DNA of 64,000 nucleotides from NCBI GenBank assembly GCA_964247055.1, contig OZ176051.1:5828001-5892000 (forward strand), given 5' to 3'. Made by a program: the position numbers and the translations under genes. This DNA comes from Paragordius varius. Taxonomy: Eukaryota; Animalia; Nematomorpha. The stretch's first letter is position 1. Every line of letters begins with the position of its first letter. Below, in pieces: positions 43,298 through 56,800 of the stretch. Under the pieces are notes generated by a model. It was not told the DNA's origin, searched no databases, and saw only the letters and a program-made list of their open reading frames with translations.

Positions 43298-45952
43298 ACG
43301 GACATATCTATTGGTGTTTATATTGCCACACATATGCATTAAAGATATATTTTTTCATGTTTATTATCCAATAACTTTTTTATTTACACCTTACTATTGT
43401 GTTTTAATATATTATCATTGCACTATTTGACCTGTTTTTTAGTACAGTCATAAATAATTTTTTCTTATGTGTATCATATATATATACACATTTCCCCATC
43501 ATAAAATTTTTTTGCCATCGTGAAGTTTATATAACAAATAAAGCTATTCCTTACTTATAAGCAGTAAAATAACCTCGTTTAAAGTTTTGTGTCTATTTTG
43601 GTGATGCAATATATGAGAAATAACTGTATCCCAGGTATATTTTCTAATGCCATTAAACTACAAGGCCTGTGTCGATTAACAAATGGGCGATATGATCTTG
43701 ATGTTCTTTTAAACCCAAGGTTAGTTTATTGTTTTTCTTCCATTTTACCTAGCTCTTGTTCTTTCTGGCTAGGGTGTATTTTAAGAAAAATATTTATTAT
43801 AGTTGAAAGTTTTTTCAAGTTTTCCTTTTTGTGCGTCTTTGTGATTTTTGGTATTGAGCATGAGCAATATATAAGTGGCAATATTTATTATAAATGACCC
43901 ACTAGCCCCAAATACCAAAAACACCATGAGAATAATCAAATATTTTGTTCAGAATATAAATTTAATAGGATTTTTGTGTCTGCAGAGCAAAAAATTATAT
44001 ACGGGTTTCTTACATATTTTCCACGATTTAAGTATAACCGAAATAAGGATTGAGTTTATAAAGTTGTAATGTGTAAGGAAAATTATACATATACCTTTTG
44101 CGTGCCTCTTTAAGGTTACAAAATTCATCAAAAATTTTATTCTGTAATTATTTACCATTTTGATTGGCCTTATTCTGATGCAATTAATCATTGAGATTTA
44201 ATAGTGATATTAGTAGAGCTATTGATAATGATGGATGTTCTTAAATAAAATATATTGAATAAAGTGGGATATAAATAGCATAACTCAATGATTAAATAAT
44301 TCTAAACATTAAAGTCACTGATTCGCAATATTGAACACATTCAAATGTATTAACCCAATGATCTGCGCCTTTGCAGAAGATCAAGCATCTGTTCCTTTAA
44401 ATACATCATAAAATGGTGGTTAAAAAATTAACCACATATTATTTGAAAAAAATTGGATTAATGCAAACTGAGAGGGGAATTTAATTTAAACTCAGACAAG
44501 CTCTACCTCATAAAATAATCTACCTTGAAGCCCAGCACTTTTAAAAGATTTTAATTAAATTGGAATATAAAAATGAATGTCTTTTTTATTAAGGCCCTCT
44601 TTTACCCGCTCCTCCCGTAAAATGCCATTTTTTTCAAAAAAAGTCCACAAAAATAATTTTTTGGATCTATTTTTCACCCATATGAGACCATAAAAATTTA
44701 ATGAGGATTTCAGATTGCTGAGTAAGGAAATACCCGCTAAAAACTACCCCGTCATATCGAAATAGCGTGTGTTTGGGGCTAAATTTCAGAAAACCTATCA
44801 TGCCATCTGAGTTCACTGAGTGCTTAATAAGGCAAAAATTTAGGTCGTACGGTTTTTTAAAATTAGCCGTTAATTAGGCCCTTCATGCCCTAAAAAATGC
44901 GCCACCATAGAATGATTTTTTAGTTTTGAGGCAATTTTTCCAAAAACTAATGAGAGCATATGAAATCAATCATGATTTCAGGTATTCTCCGTAAAAAGGC
45001 AAAATTTTGATCAAGAGCTTTTTTGTATCAGCCCTTTGGTAAATGCGCCCTTTTTATAATAATTTTACTAAAAAATGTAATCATTCGAAAGAATAATAAA
45101 AACCCTATATAATACACTCTAATATGTTTTACATTTATAGTTAATATTGGACATAGGAAGCGGTAAACCCGCAAAGCGAGAGCGTTTTTGTTAATTAATA
45201 TATTTTAACTAATGGATAAAAATAGCTCAAAGTTTGTCTGGATGGCAACGAATGTCTAAAAAAGATATAAAAAAGTTTTTTGATTAAAACACTTATCTAT
45301 TGCTTTCTCATTCAAAACAGCCATATTTAATTTTTTGCAAAAATTACCATATCATCAATATATTATTTTCTTTGGAAGGCTTATAATTTTAAAATTTGAA
45401 AGAAAATAAAGTTTAAAGCGTTCTTGATCCTTTTAATGATTCTGCATTAAATTTACAGTTAAAACAATGATAATAATGATTCATATTAATTGGCAAACCA
45501 AAAGCTTTTTTAAAGATTTATTTATTTTTTACACTAATATTACGCTATAATTATTTTAAAATAATATATATTTTGAAATTATTACCCCTGTTTTTGACTT
45601 ATCTATAGGTGTGAAATAATGAGCATATAAAACTATATAAATTTTATGTCAGATTGTTTTAAACGAACTACCATTCAAAATGTTCAGTCTTTTGCGCTCT
45701 TTAAATTATATAAAATACTTGGCTATATCTCCAAAACTTTTAATTGAGTTTAATATTAAATCGGGGCCAATTTTCGATAAACCCTAATAAAATTCTTAGG
45801 TTTAACCAATTTTTTTCAAATATACTATTTATGTATTTTAATGAAATAAATTCAAAATTTACAGACATGGCACTTAAAAAAAGTCGAATCCATTTTTCTG
45901 TATTATTTATATTAATTTGAAAAATCGTAATAAAAAAATATCTAAAAATAAG

Positions 45953-47001
45953 TATTACGTCTGGTCATAAATTTACAGTTTTTCAATAAATTAAAAAATT
46001 AATTATTTATTTTATTAAATTATCCATCAGCTTCTATATATTTCGCTCATCTCTCAGGTAACAAATGAATGCCTGGCAGAAAAACAGATTGTCTTTTGTC
46101 ACCCATTTGTTATGCCATTTTCCAACGTCTTTGAAAATCGTGAAGTGCTGGTCTGCGAGGAACCCCATTCAAAGACGCATCACTCAGCTGGCTAGGAGTG
46201 CCATTGATTTTTCCATCAAAGCGATTTTAAGATATCTGGTTTTGCTGTGTGAGGCGGAGCATTGTCATATAAAAAAATCATTTTGCAAGTCTTCTGGCTC
46301 ATTCCGGTCTTTTTCGATACATAGTGCAAATTAATCATTTGTTAGGGATATAGCTGTGTATTGGCGGTTTTACTAGGCTACAAAACACTGCTCTGGTCCT
46401 TTCATGCACAGAGCTTGGTTTTTTTGCCAAAGCGATTTGTTTTTGGGGTTGATGGATCGGATTTTCTTTGGATTAACAAAATAAAGCCATTTATCACCCG
46501 TCATAATTCGATAAAAAATTTCCTTTGTGACGTTGAGCAGGATTATAAGTGACACTTTGCAATTTTCGATTTAACGTTTATGTTGTGTGGAACCCATCTA
46601 CACAGATTATTCTTTCGCACTCGTAGACCTCGATTTGTTGGTGCTCTGTTGATTGTTGTTAAGTGTGAGTTGTATTATCATCCAATTACTCTGGCACTTG
46701 ATCCTCTTCGCAGTTGTATGATCTACCAGAGTGCCCACTGTCTTTCTCATGGACAACTTTTAAATTTCGAATATACTTCCACCAGCAAAGTGACTTTCAA
46801 CAGCCCTTTTCTTCCAATGAAATAAGAAAATCAACCTGCCGCAAATGTTCCTTTTCAGGCGTAAAATCGACATGATTACTGAATGCTACCTTTTGGCCGA
46901 TTGAATTTGTGGATGTAGCTTAATGTCAGATGAAACTCGTGTGCCAATTTTACACATCTTCTCTTAATTAAACCGGTAGTAACTTATGACTACACTTGGT
47001 A
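45953..47001 (-). mobile_element. Decayed mariner element
   Basis: TIR ACCGGTAGTAACTTATGACTACACTTGGTA; remnant RIMTGDKWLYFVNPKK; many stops. Confidence 0.85.
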
Positions 47002-47450
47002 TTATCAAATATGATTTTAATAACTATATACATATTGGGTAAATTTTAAATCTAATTTTCATTTAAATAGAGATGTTATAATACTCAAGGGAAATGAATG
47101 GTTCATGGGTAATTTTAGGTGTAAATGGTAAATACTAAATTTCATAGCATAAATTGTTAAAATTTACGTTAATGTGTCAATTAATTTGGAATATATACAT
47201 TGTTAGCGGGCTATAAAAATTACAGGCCACGAAAAATAAGTCGCGGGCTGCATGCGGACAGTGGGCAGCAGTTCGAGGGCTGATTTTCATCATTGTCACG
47301 AATTAATGTTAAAGATTTTGTTTAGGAGGCATAAAGAACTCATTCCTATAATTTAGGCATGCAAAAATTACGTTTTGTATATAAATAATTAAATCTTTTT
47401 AGCTATATTAACACCAAACAGGATATACTGTGTAAAAAATTATTTTCTAG

Positions 47451-47657
47451 TTTCGTGTTTAACAGCAAGATTACAACATATATGTTTACGAAACAGACCA
47501 ACCTCGAGAGTTTCCCATGAATATATTGATTCTATCAAATGCTATGAAGAAACAAAATTAACAACTCGATCTCTGTTAAGTATCGATAAAGACAGTGAGA
47601 TGACACTCATTAAAACATGGATTAGATGCCCACGGAGAAACATATTGTATCATCAAT
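47451..47657 (+). pseudogene. Disabled duplicate of the 59005-59212 exon
   Basis: High nucleotide similarity to 59005-59212 with AAA->TAA and a 1-nt deletion; flanking introns also homologous. Confidence 0.75.
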
Positions 47658-48059
47658 GTTAAAATTACATAAGTTTACGATACTTTCTATATATTTAAAT
47701 GAATAATAATGTTTTTATTGATGTAATAATTTAAATAAATATTTAAATTAAATAATATGACATTACCACCATACTTAAAATACTTGGAATTACGCTTCAA
47801 CAAAATTTTGCCAGTGTGCATTTTTAAATAAAATTTCATTTTTAAGCTCCTAGCATATATTAAAAATTGATTTTGCGCAATATCGGCATTTTTGCAGTAA
47901 TCTAGAGAAAACTCGCACATTTTGGAGTGGTCCGAAAATTTGCGTCCGAGCCTACTTTATGTGGAGATCACAAAAATTTAAAAACTTTCTTATGTAACAC
48001 GTAAGCCCCAAACCAAAAAGCACCATAAAAATTATGAAAAATTTTTCTATCAGTATACC

Positions 48060-48665
48060 CCCCAATTTTTTCGACTGTTTAAGAAGAAACAAATGAATTT
48101 TTGGGTGGCTGTTTATAGAAAAAAAATTTTCTGACCTTAAACCGTGTATTGAGCCCAATGGTAGCCAATAGAATAGAGTGTTGTATATGCCGACAATTGA
48201 CAAAAATATTGCGTTTGGTAAAAGACCATTATAAATGGAATTATTCATTGATGTTTATATGCCTTACATATGTCTATATAATTTTTTATATCTACCTAAG
48301 CTTTTTTATTTACACCTTACTATTGTGTTTTAATATATTATCATTGCACTATTCGACCTGTTTTTAGTACAGTTATAAATAGTTTTTCCCACGTGCTTAT
48401 ATACCAAAAATTCTCATCGTGTAAAATTTTATTTGCGATCATAATATTTTACTAATAAAATTTATTAATATTTATTACTGGTTTAGGCAGTCAAATGTCC
48501 TGTTTTAAAGTTACATGTCTGCTTTTGGTGCTGAAACACATGGTAGTAATTAACTGTATCCCAGGTAAATTTTTTTGTTATGCCATAAACTGCTAGACGT
48601 GTGTCAATTAACGATTGGACGAACATATAATCTCAATGCTCTTTTAAATCCGGGGTTTATTTTTC
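48060..48665 (+). pseudogene. Decayed direct duplicate of the anillin last exon and 3' flank (source ~43120-43730)
   Basis: KKQMNFWVAV..SDLKPCIEPNGSQ*NRVLYMPTIDKNIAFGKRPL* versus KEQMNGWLDV..SDLNLCIAPNGSQFGRGMYVSTIFHKNNVAFGKRTPV*; downstream non-coding sequence also aligns. Confidence 0.85.
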
Positions 48666-49584
48666 AATAATTTAAATTTACATATTTTTCGGTATCGCAT
48701 AAAAAAATATTGGGGAGCTATAATACAAAACATGCCCATCCCACTTATGTTTAAATTACGTTTTATGCTTTTTTTTATATGGTTAAATTCAATTCATTAT
48801 AACGAAAATTCTTAATTTAAGCCTTTTTTGGTACATTTTCCTCCGAAATGTCGGTTCGTATTTGATTCATTAGTTTTTTTATCTCATATGTGAGAAAAAT
48901 CCCAAAAAATGGTATATTTAGATATAAATATGGGCTTATGTTTGTCAAAACAGCATTGGACAGACAGAGTTAGGGCGCCTTAATCACTAATTTGAAACAT
49001 CTTTTCATAGACTTTCTTAATCTAGAAAACCACAAAGTAACAATTATATGTACGTTAGGGTAAATCGTTAAATACGCATATTTTTTAGAATACATCTATC
49101 ATGAAAAAAAATATTTGAGATATAAAAGAAATAATAAACTTATTTAGCACTTAGGAGATAATTTTTTAAATAATTAAGCTGAAAATAAATATTTAAAGTT
49201 CTTGACATTTAATAACGTTATTAATTTGGCGTACGGTTACAAGATTTAATTAACGAACAAAGATTTTTACCGTATAAATTGATCAATAATATTAATACGT
49301 GAGTAGAGCTAAAACTATCAAAATGTTAAAAGGATAAATCTCAATTGTTGGCAAATGGGAATTAATTGAAAACTTTGAATCTTAATCTGATATTTTAAGG
49401 CTCAGATGGGGCATTTAATATTTAACTATCGGCAACTCACACATTATTCACCAAATGTTTGCGAAATTTCGATTATATTTTACCGTCCAATACTTATTTG
49501 TACATATCGCATTCGTAGCTTTTTAACGTTTTTATCGCGTTTGTTTAATAATATCAGTCTTTAAATCCATTATTAATTAATTAG

Positions 49585-49732
49585 CGCCAGAAGATTTACG
49601 AATTCAATGGTCGCCAATTATTCTCATGGAAATTTAATATGGGCCCTTAAACAAAATTATAATAGGATTAACAAATATTTTTATATCGATGAATATATGG
49701 ATATACGTTTGCTGGAAAATTTGGGCATAATT
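49585..49732 (+). CDS. Exon of an unidentified gene, degenerate cadherin-like repeat; paralogue of 60729-60885
   Basis: AG/GT-bounded, phase 2/0: ARRFTNSMVANYSHGNLIWALKQNYNRINKYFYIDEYMDIRLLENLGII. Confidence 0.55.
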
Positions 49733-50287
49733 GTAAGATATTTTTGCATAAATATTTAGACAAACTATAACCTTACGAAATTTGGATTTGAAATTTATTT
49801 TTTGGCAGATTATTTTAATTTACACACTTTTATGGGCTTACACATTCTGAGAAAATGGGTAAAACCATCCTTATAAAAAAATTTGTCAAACACGTTAATA
49901 TTACCTTTTTAGAATATGTTGTGCAACGCTCTTTTTTATAATATTATATAATAGTAGGAATGTTAATTTTTTTTAATATGGATGCTTAACTAATTCTATT
50001 ACAAAACGGAAATATTGATGTCTTAGGTGATAATGTTTTAAGGTCCATAAAAATTGAGATTAAAGCATTAAATATTTGAAACCATATATGTTTAAATGTT
50101 TGTTTGATTGTTTTGATTTACAATTACTGAATCGAATAAACGAATTAATATGTTTTGACTATTAAAATTTTTATCATCAGTTAATCCTTAGTTTTTTTAC
50201 CAAAAATATTTTATAAACTCAATAAATTGTCGTTGTGATTAAGATCTAACGACTGACAAGGCATATTTTATAGGTTTAAATATTCAT

Positions 50288-50877
50288 TTAACACTTCGAT
50301 TCAAATTGGGGTATCTAAATACCCCAGACTAAATTTAAATTTAAATTTTTAAAAAACTACTGAAGGAAACGGTCCCAATTTGAATTTATGCTTCTATCCT
50401 GATGAATATTATGTAAATATGCCAAAATATCCTGATAAAATTTTGTTTTGAAAAAAAAGTTTCATCTCAAACTACTTCGACGCCATTTTTATTTTACAAA
50501 AATTTTGCAAAATATCGACTTCATTTAATTTTAAGGGTAAAACTAAAGCTTATTTTTTATATAAATTACATCTAACATGGATAGAAATAGAAAAAGCGGT
50601 TTATTTTGTATTATTTTTTAATTTTACAATTTAACACATGTCACGTTGACTAAATTTTTACCTTTCAGTTTTAGCTCAAAATAAGTAATATCAAGTATTT
50701 TTGAATAAAATTTTTTATATATTTCGGTTAATTAATGTTATATAAGTGCAAAATTTTGCCATGGTTTTGATTGCTTCCATACTTTTTAAAGTATTTGATT
50801 TTAAACAGGCCTGGGGTATCCAACTACCCCAATTTGAATCGAAGGACTAAAATGAGTGTGTTGTATCCAAGTGTTAA
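50288..50877 (+). mobile_element. Family P MITE inserted in the left TSD of the hAT
   Basis: TTAA-flanked; removing it regenerates ATTTAAAT next to the hAT TIR. Confidence 0.9.
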
Positions 50878-50879
50878 AT

Positions 50880-53316
50880 CAGTGGTACTCACCAAAAAAA
50901 TTTGACGGGCCAAATAAAACATATTTTTTTTTCGAGGGCCATGAACCTTATAATGGCAAATATTCCATAGCTATTTGACAACGCACATATTTATACTCTA
51001 AATCAGCACAATAAATTTTTTGCGGGTCGCATGTAAATCCGGCTAAAAATTCGTTTCGTACCATTTAGTTTTAAAAATTAAAATATATTGATAACAACAT
51101 TTATTTTAATATTAACCAATAATTTTTGACAAATTTGGTTTCGCCTCATGGCAGGCCATTCTTAATACGTCGTCCATATGATCATTAGTTAAGCGATTTC
51201 TGTAAGTATTCTTAATATACTTCATTTTTGAATATGCCGTCTCACATGTGTAAGTTGATGGAAAAATAGTTAAGACAACTTGAGCACATTTTTTTATATT
51301 TTCATATTTATTTGGCACAACTTGCCAAAACTCTACATATCTTTCTTCTCTACGGTTTTCCTTAAATATAGCTTCCAAATTGGAATCATTTTTAAAATCA
51401 ACGAATTCTTCAATGATAACCGCCTGATCAAAACCGAAAAGCTCAAGTTGCCTAATGTTGGATATATCCATATGCCATGGATTTTCCACTAGCTTTAAGC
51501 AATTTTTTATATTTTTTAATTCTTGAAATCTGAATTTCATCTCATTAGATAAAAATGTTAAATGATTGTCTATTATTAAATTAATATCCGCGGTAAATTC
51601 CATATTTTCTTTATAAATCGTTTTGAGTGTTGGAAAATGTAGGAGTGTTTTATCTATAAAATCTTGTTTATATATTATTAATTTTTCTTCAAAAGCAAAT
51701 ATATGATTAGCAAATTGGGTTATTATTTTGCTCCCTTGAAGACTTGTATTAAAAGTACTAAGTTTATAAGTAATGTCGCAAAGGTAGGCTAATAAAACCC
51801 ACCATTTGTCACTATTAATTTCCTCGTCAAACTTTCTGTTATCTTTTATAAATAATAGAATTTCATGTCTTAAATCAAAAAATCTATTCAATACTTTGCT
51901 AAGGCTTAGCCATCTCACAGCGGTGTACAAAAGAATATCATCAAACTCACTGTGGATATCTTTCAGAAGGTTTTTGAATTTACGGTGATTGAATTCTCTG
52001 CCACGGATGTAGTTAACTATATCCACAACCGTTTTAATTACTAAATTTAGTAATTCATCTTTTACACGCGAAACCAAGTTTTGCTGATGAATAAAGCAGT
52101 GAAAGGATAATAGATTTTGCAAATTATATTTGTTTTTTAAAAGAGAAATAAACCCTTTGTTTATTCCAATCATAGAGGGACAGCCATCTGTGCAGATCGA
52201 AACCAATTTTTTCATAGATATACCATTATTATCGAAAAAGGTGCTAATTACTTCAAGAAAATCACTGCCTTTTGTGGTATTATTCATTGGTAAAAATTTC
52301 AAATATTCCTCGTTGATTTTGTTGTCGTTGCAAAATCTCACGAAGAGCGCACATTGAGGTGTTGAACTTATATCAGTGCTAGAATCGATTGCAATACTGA
52401 AGTATTTGCAATTTTTCAGAGCCAATAATGTATTGTTAAAAATATATTTAGACATATCTTCAATGCGTCGAGCACATGTTGAATCAGAAAGTTGAAGTTT
52501 TTTAATTTGCCTCATGATTTGATCTTTATTATGGAATTTATCAAATAAAAAAGTGCAACCATTTATTAAACATTCTTTTATTAGTTGGGAATCAGTAAAC
52601 GGTTTCATATTTTTTCCTAAAATATAGCATATTTCATACGAAGCTAATGTTACAGCTTTTTCCTGGGAAAAAGCTATGGCCATAATAGATTTTCTTTCTC
52701 GTATAATTCCTTAAAATTTTTATATTTTTCATTTCTTTCCTCAAGATTTTCTGGTAATTTATGAGAATGATGGATTTTAAAATGTCTTTCAATATTGAAT
52801 TTTTTTATAATTATATTGTCTTTGCATATAAGGCAGGTAGCAACATTGTTATTTAAAACGACAAAAAAATTAGTTTCCCATTCTTTTTTAAAGGAGCGAT
52901 TTTCATCGGATAATTTACGTTTTTTGGCATTAGATGTCATCCTTTGAATTTATGTTTAAATATTATGTAAAAAAGATAGGAATATAAATTGAATTATGCT
53001 ATAAAAAACAGGTCGAAATTTAATGATATTGAGTTGAAAATATTTTATGAGAATGAGTTTTAAAAATGATGCAGGATAGCAATGAAATGTATGTGCAATG
53101 GGTGAAAACAAAAAAGAAATGCAATAAAAATTTCAAAAAGAAAAGAAGAAGAAACAACGTGTGCCCATAAATCATAAAATGTAGAAAATTTTTCTACATT
53201 TCAAATTGGGTAAAAAATAAATATTATTTAAAAAAAATTAAATATCAGTCATAGTGCATTTTTAAAGCACACTGCGGGCCGCATGCGGCCCGCGGGCCGC
53301 GGTTTGAGTATCACTG
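50880..53316 (-). mobile_element. Buster/Charlie-type hAT DNA transposon, 2.4 kb
   Basis: TIR CAGTGGTACTCA / TGAGTATCACTG (11/12); 8-bp TSD ATTTAAAT; GC-rich subterminal GCGGGCC motifs; encodes a transposase. Confidence 0.93.
51112..52940 (-). CDS. hAT transposase (GTF2IRD2/ZBED8-like), split by one frameshift near 52690
   Basis: BED finger CLICK...HFKIHH in ORF 52674-52940. ORF 51112-52683 has DSSTD, CTDG, CFIH, RW and STYTCE (catalytic D, D, E and CxxH). Confidence 0.92.
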
Positions 53317-53863
53317 ATTTAAATTATTTGATTGACAAAATACAAATATATTTTTTCAAATAGGTGCTTGGAAAATTGATATATAGATCACTGTCAGCCC
53401 TGGTCAGGCGAGTGTTAATTTACAAGTCCAGATACAATTCAAGTTCTTACCCTTTAATAAAAAAAGGACCCCTACACTGTATATTAAAATGGTATAATTA
53501 GCAAAAAATATTTTTTTTTAAAGAAACATAATTTCATATGCAAAAATAAATACATTTCAGACACATATTTTTTCTAATTAGAAAATGTTTTATGTGAAAG
53601 TCCATGAAAGGCAGGAATTACAAAAATTTTGCTCTGGGCCAAATTCTTATGGTTTTCGTGGATCACAAAATGAAAAGTGTGTTGATTTTTCAGACATCAG
53701 GGTGTTTGGGCAACCTCAACATTTACAATATGTAACAATAATTTAAATTTAATTTGTTAAGTTTATTAAAAATTAAAATTTGTTTTAATAAAGTTATACA
53801 TAAATGGTAAATACAGTTCCCATTTTATTGTTAATCAATTTACATTGTTTTTAGGGAATCGCC

Positions 53864-53955
53864 AATACTGTAGCGTATGGGTGAAAAACAACTTGAAATT
53901 AAACAGTCATTTTAATTATGCACAAAATTGTTTTTTCACCATGCGCTACTGTATT
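53864..53955. mobile_element. ~92-bp hairpin MITE (TACAGTAG-type)
   Basis: AATACTGTAGCGTATGGGTGAAAAACAA / TTGTTTTTTCACCATGCGCTACTGTATT inverted pair. Confidence 0.65.
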
Positions 53956-54339
53956 ACCCATTGGCCAACAATAAAGCGGGTACTCTAAATATTTACAAAA
54001 GAAAAATTATCGTAACAGCAAGCTTTTGGTTTTGTAGCCCCTTTTAACACTTCATTAATTTTTGGGCTGGCTTTATATCCCGAGGCAATTTGAAATATAA
54101 ATAATTTATATAGTATCTATGAAGTTGAGCCAAATATACATTTTATTTTTTTAGGTGCATTATACGACAAAATATTGTGAAATTGTTAAAAATCGTTGTC
54201 TCAAAATGTTAGCCAAATTTTTTTAAAAAGAGCTAAAAATGTTTTTGTTGTTTTTGTAAACAGATTAGATTGAAGTCCATTTGTGTAACATTTTATAAGT
54301 TAATTTAGTTGGCTTATATGGTGTTGTAATGGATATCTA

Positions 54340-54640
54340 TTGTTGTATGGTTATCTTGATTTCCTTTTCAAGTTATCTATATTGTGCATTTTGGATCTCG
54401 TTTTCTTGAAAACCTTCAACTTTTCCCAACATCAGCTGATAATCCAATTTGGCTTAAATCATATGGCCGAAACAGTACATTTTTAGGAAAAAGTTGATTA
54501 AAGATATTTAAGGTTTAATTTTCTCAAGAATTTCAGAGTTTTTAATTTTATCTTTCCAATTGATGGGAATTAACTTTCTCTCAACATCACATTTTATAAG
54601 CATTAATCTACTCTTTGCTGACAAAAGAGAATATGCGCTG
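54340..54640 (-). mobile_element. 3' remnant of an RTE-like non-LTR retrotransposon
   Basis: Broken translation INWKDKIKNSEILEKI...YCFGHM...LMLGKVEG resembles the RTE ORF2 C-terminal signature (W.D...N.E.L...FGH...GK.EG). Confidence 0.6.
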
Positions 54641-55550
54641 ATTTAAAAATGATATATTGATAGGAAGTTTTTGATGTATGAATTTAAAATCAGCTTAAGT
54701 TGATAATGCTATTACAAAATTTTTAAACCTAATTTTTTTAATAATAGGTATAAGTATAATGTTTAATATAATCTAAATATATCTTAATTTTATAATGCAG
54801 CACATTGATCTGGAATTTTATTTACCTCAAAATAAAGATTGTTAAAACTTATAGATTGAATTAGTATACATAGTAAAAACCCGGTAGATACTTTCAAATA
54901 GTTTTCGTTAAACATTACAATATAATTGTAATATGCCTTTTTACATTTTTTACAGTATCGGTATATCGGATACCCTGATCGGGTCGAATTGGTAGAAATA
55001 TACACTTCATACTGTCTTACTCGGCTAATACGAGGCATAACTAATTTAACTCGTGTATATATCAAAAGACCAAAGATTATAACTCCATATATCAGAAATT
55101 TGCGAACTGAACTCAATATTGTGATTCAAAAATGTTCCCTAAGTAAAATATATATTATTCTATCCATATTTAATACATGCTGAATTTTTTAATAAATTTT
55201 TATAAAATATTCAGTATTTTACATTAGGATGATTGAAATTTTATTTTTAAATTTTGAATTTCAGATCCACGCATTAAAATATATGGGCAAGAATATTGGG
55301 ATTACAGATATTTGGAAAATGTAAAAAGTACCATATTTAATTAATATTTAGACTTTTATTTTACTGAAGATATGTGTGAAACGATACAGGAATCTGGATT
55401 ATACAACGTTGCCTACAAATTAATAGGTCTTAACATCTTTTTTGAGTAATTGATTTATTATTATGTTAAATATGTTTCACTGTTAATTAATAAATGCATA
55501 AGGACTAACTTAAAGTGTTAAAGGGTTAACTTGAAGTGCAAATTATACGT

Positions 55551-56708
55551 CTACCGGTTTAACTAGTAGAAGACGTCAGTGCACGCAGACGATTGATTTT
55601 GTTCATTTGATATTATACAAACATACACAAAAGGAGTCCTAACTAGCGTCTTATATTTATCATTTAATTAGCATTTCTAAATTAGCACCTAAAAAGAACA
55701 TTTGCATGCATTGCTTTGCTTATTCTATCAGAAGAAAAGAGCTGTTTAAAGTCATCGTTGTGTGATAGAACATATGTACAGATTCCATCTATTAAAACAT
55801 CTGAAATATGGTTAGAATGTTTTTAAGTTGTGATTAAAAGAGAGTTGATGCTCAAGTATACTAATCAACTGCGAAGACGATAATGTGAAAAATTGGATGG
55901 TTAGCCAATTTAAACTCAACAGCAAGCAGTACTTGTATCATTAAAAACATTCATTAGACGTCTATGGAAATGAATAAGACCGATAAACTTGGTAAATGGG
56001 CCCCACACACCTAAAATGACCGTTAAAATCGGTAAGTGAGTATCATGCTTCCACGTCACGAAAGAAAATTATTTTTGTACCGAATTTTGACGGGTGATGA
56101 GAGGTGGGTTTATTTTGTAAAGTTAAGGCGGAAAATCGTGGTTCAATGCCAAACCGGTCCATCAAGGCCAAATCACTTAAGGACTATGCTCTGTATCTCA
56201 CAGAATAGGGTATTGTGTCTTAGGAACCTTTGAAGCTAGTTAATTGAATCCACAGCGCTTTTGCCAGCAAATGATTAATTAATATCATGCATAAATAAAA
56301 AACGAGCGGACGGGCCCAAAAATATGGCAAAGTTATTTTGCTACATAACAATGATACATCTCGACACAGCTAAACGACCGTAAGACACCTTAAAACTTAA
56401 AAAAGAAATTATCCCGCATCCTCTAACTCTCCTGATTAACGCTATCAAACTATTACCTCTTTGCATCAATGGGTGCAAAGAGCACCACTTAGTAGATTTT
56501 AAGATCGTTAAAAAATGACTTAACCAGTGGTGCTGCAAAAAAAATGATCAGTTTGTCTGGTATGATATCCATATATTAACTGAGAGATGGGCAAAATGTG
56601 TAGAAGGAAGTTGAAAAGTATTTTGAATAAAATAAAAAATTCATTTGCTTTCAGAATTACGTGTTCTTTGACCAAAAAACCGGTAGAAAATTGTGACTAC
56701 ACTTGGTA
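55551..56708 (+). mobile_element. Decayed mariner element (left TIR truncated)
   Basis: LYRILTGDERWVYF; right TIR ACCGGTAGAAAATTGTGACTACACTTGGTA. Confidence 0.85.
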
Positions 56709-56800
56709 CATATCATTTTCGAACTACTTAATATAGGTTAAAACGAAATATTTCGAATTTCTTAAATTTAAAATATGAAAATAGCATTTTTAGCCTAATC

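Noticed and set aside
47200-47283. GC-rich GCGGGC/GCATGC motifs (also 58700-58808 and 12668) as regulatory islands
   Set aside because: They match decayed hAT subterminal sequences like those at 53270-53316.
52674-52700. Programmed ribosomal frameshift in the hAT transposase
   Set aside because: No slippery heptamer or downstream structure, and hAT transposases are normally single ORFs; an indel is the simpler explanation.
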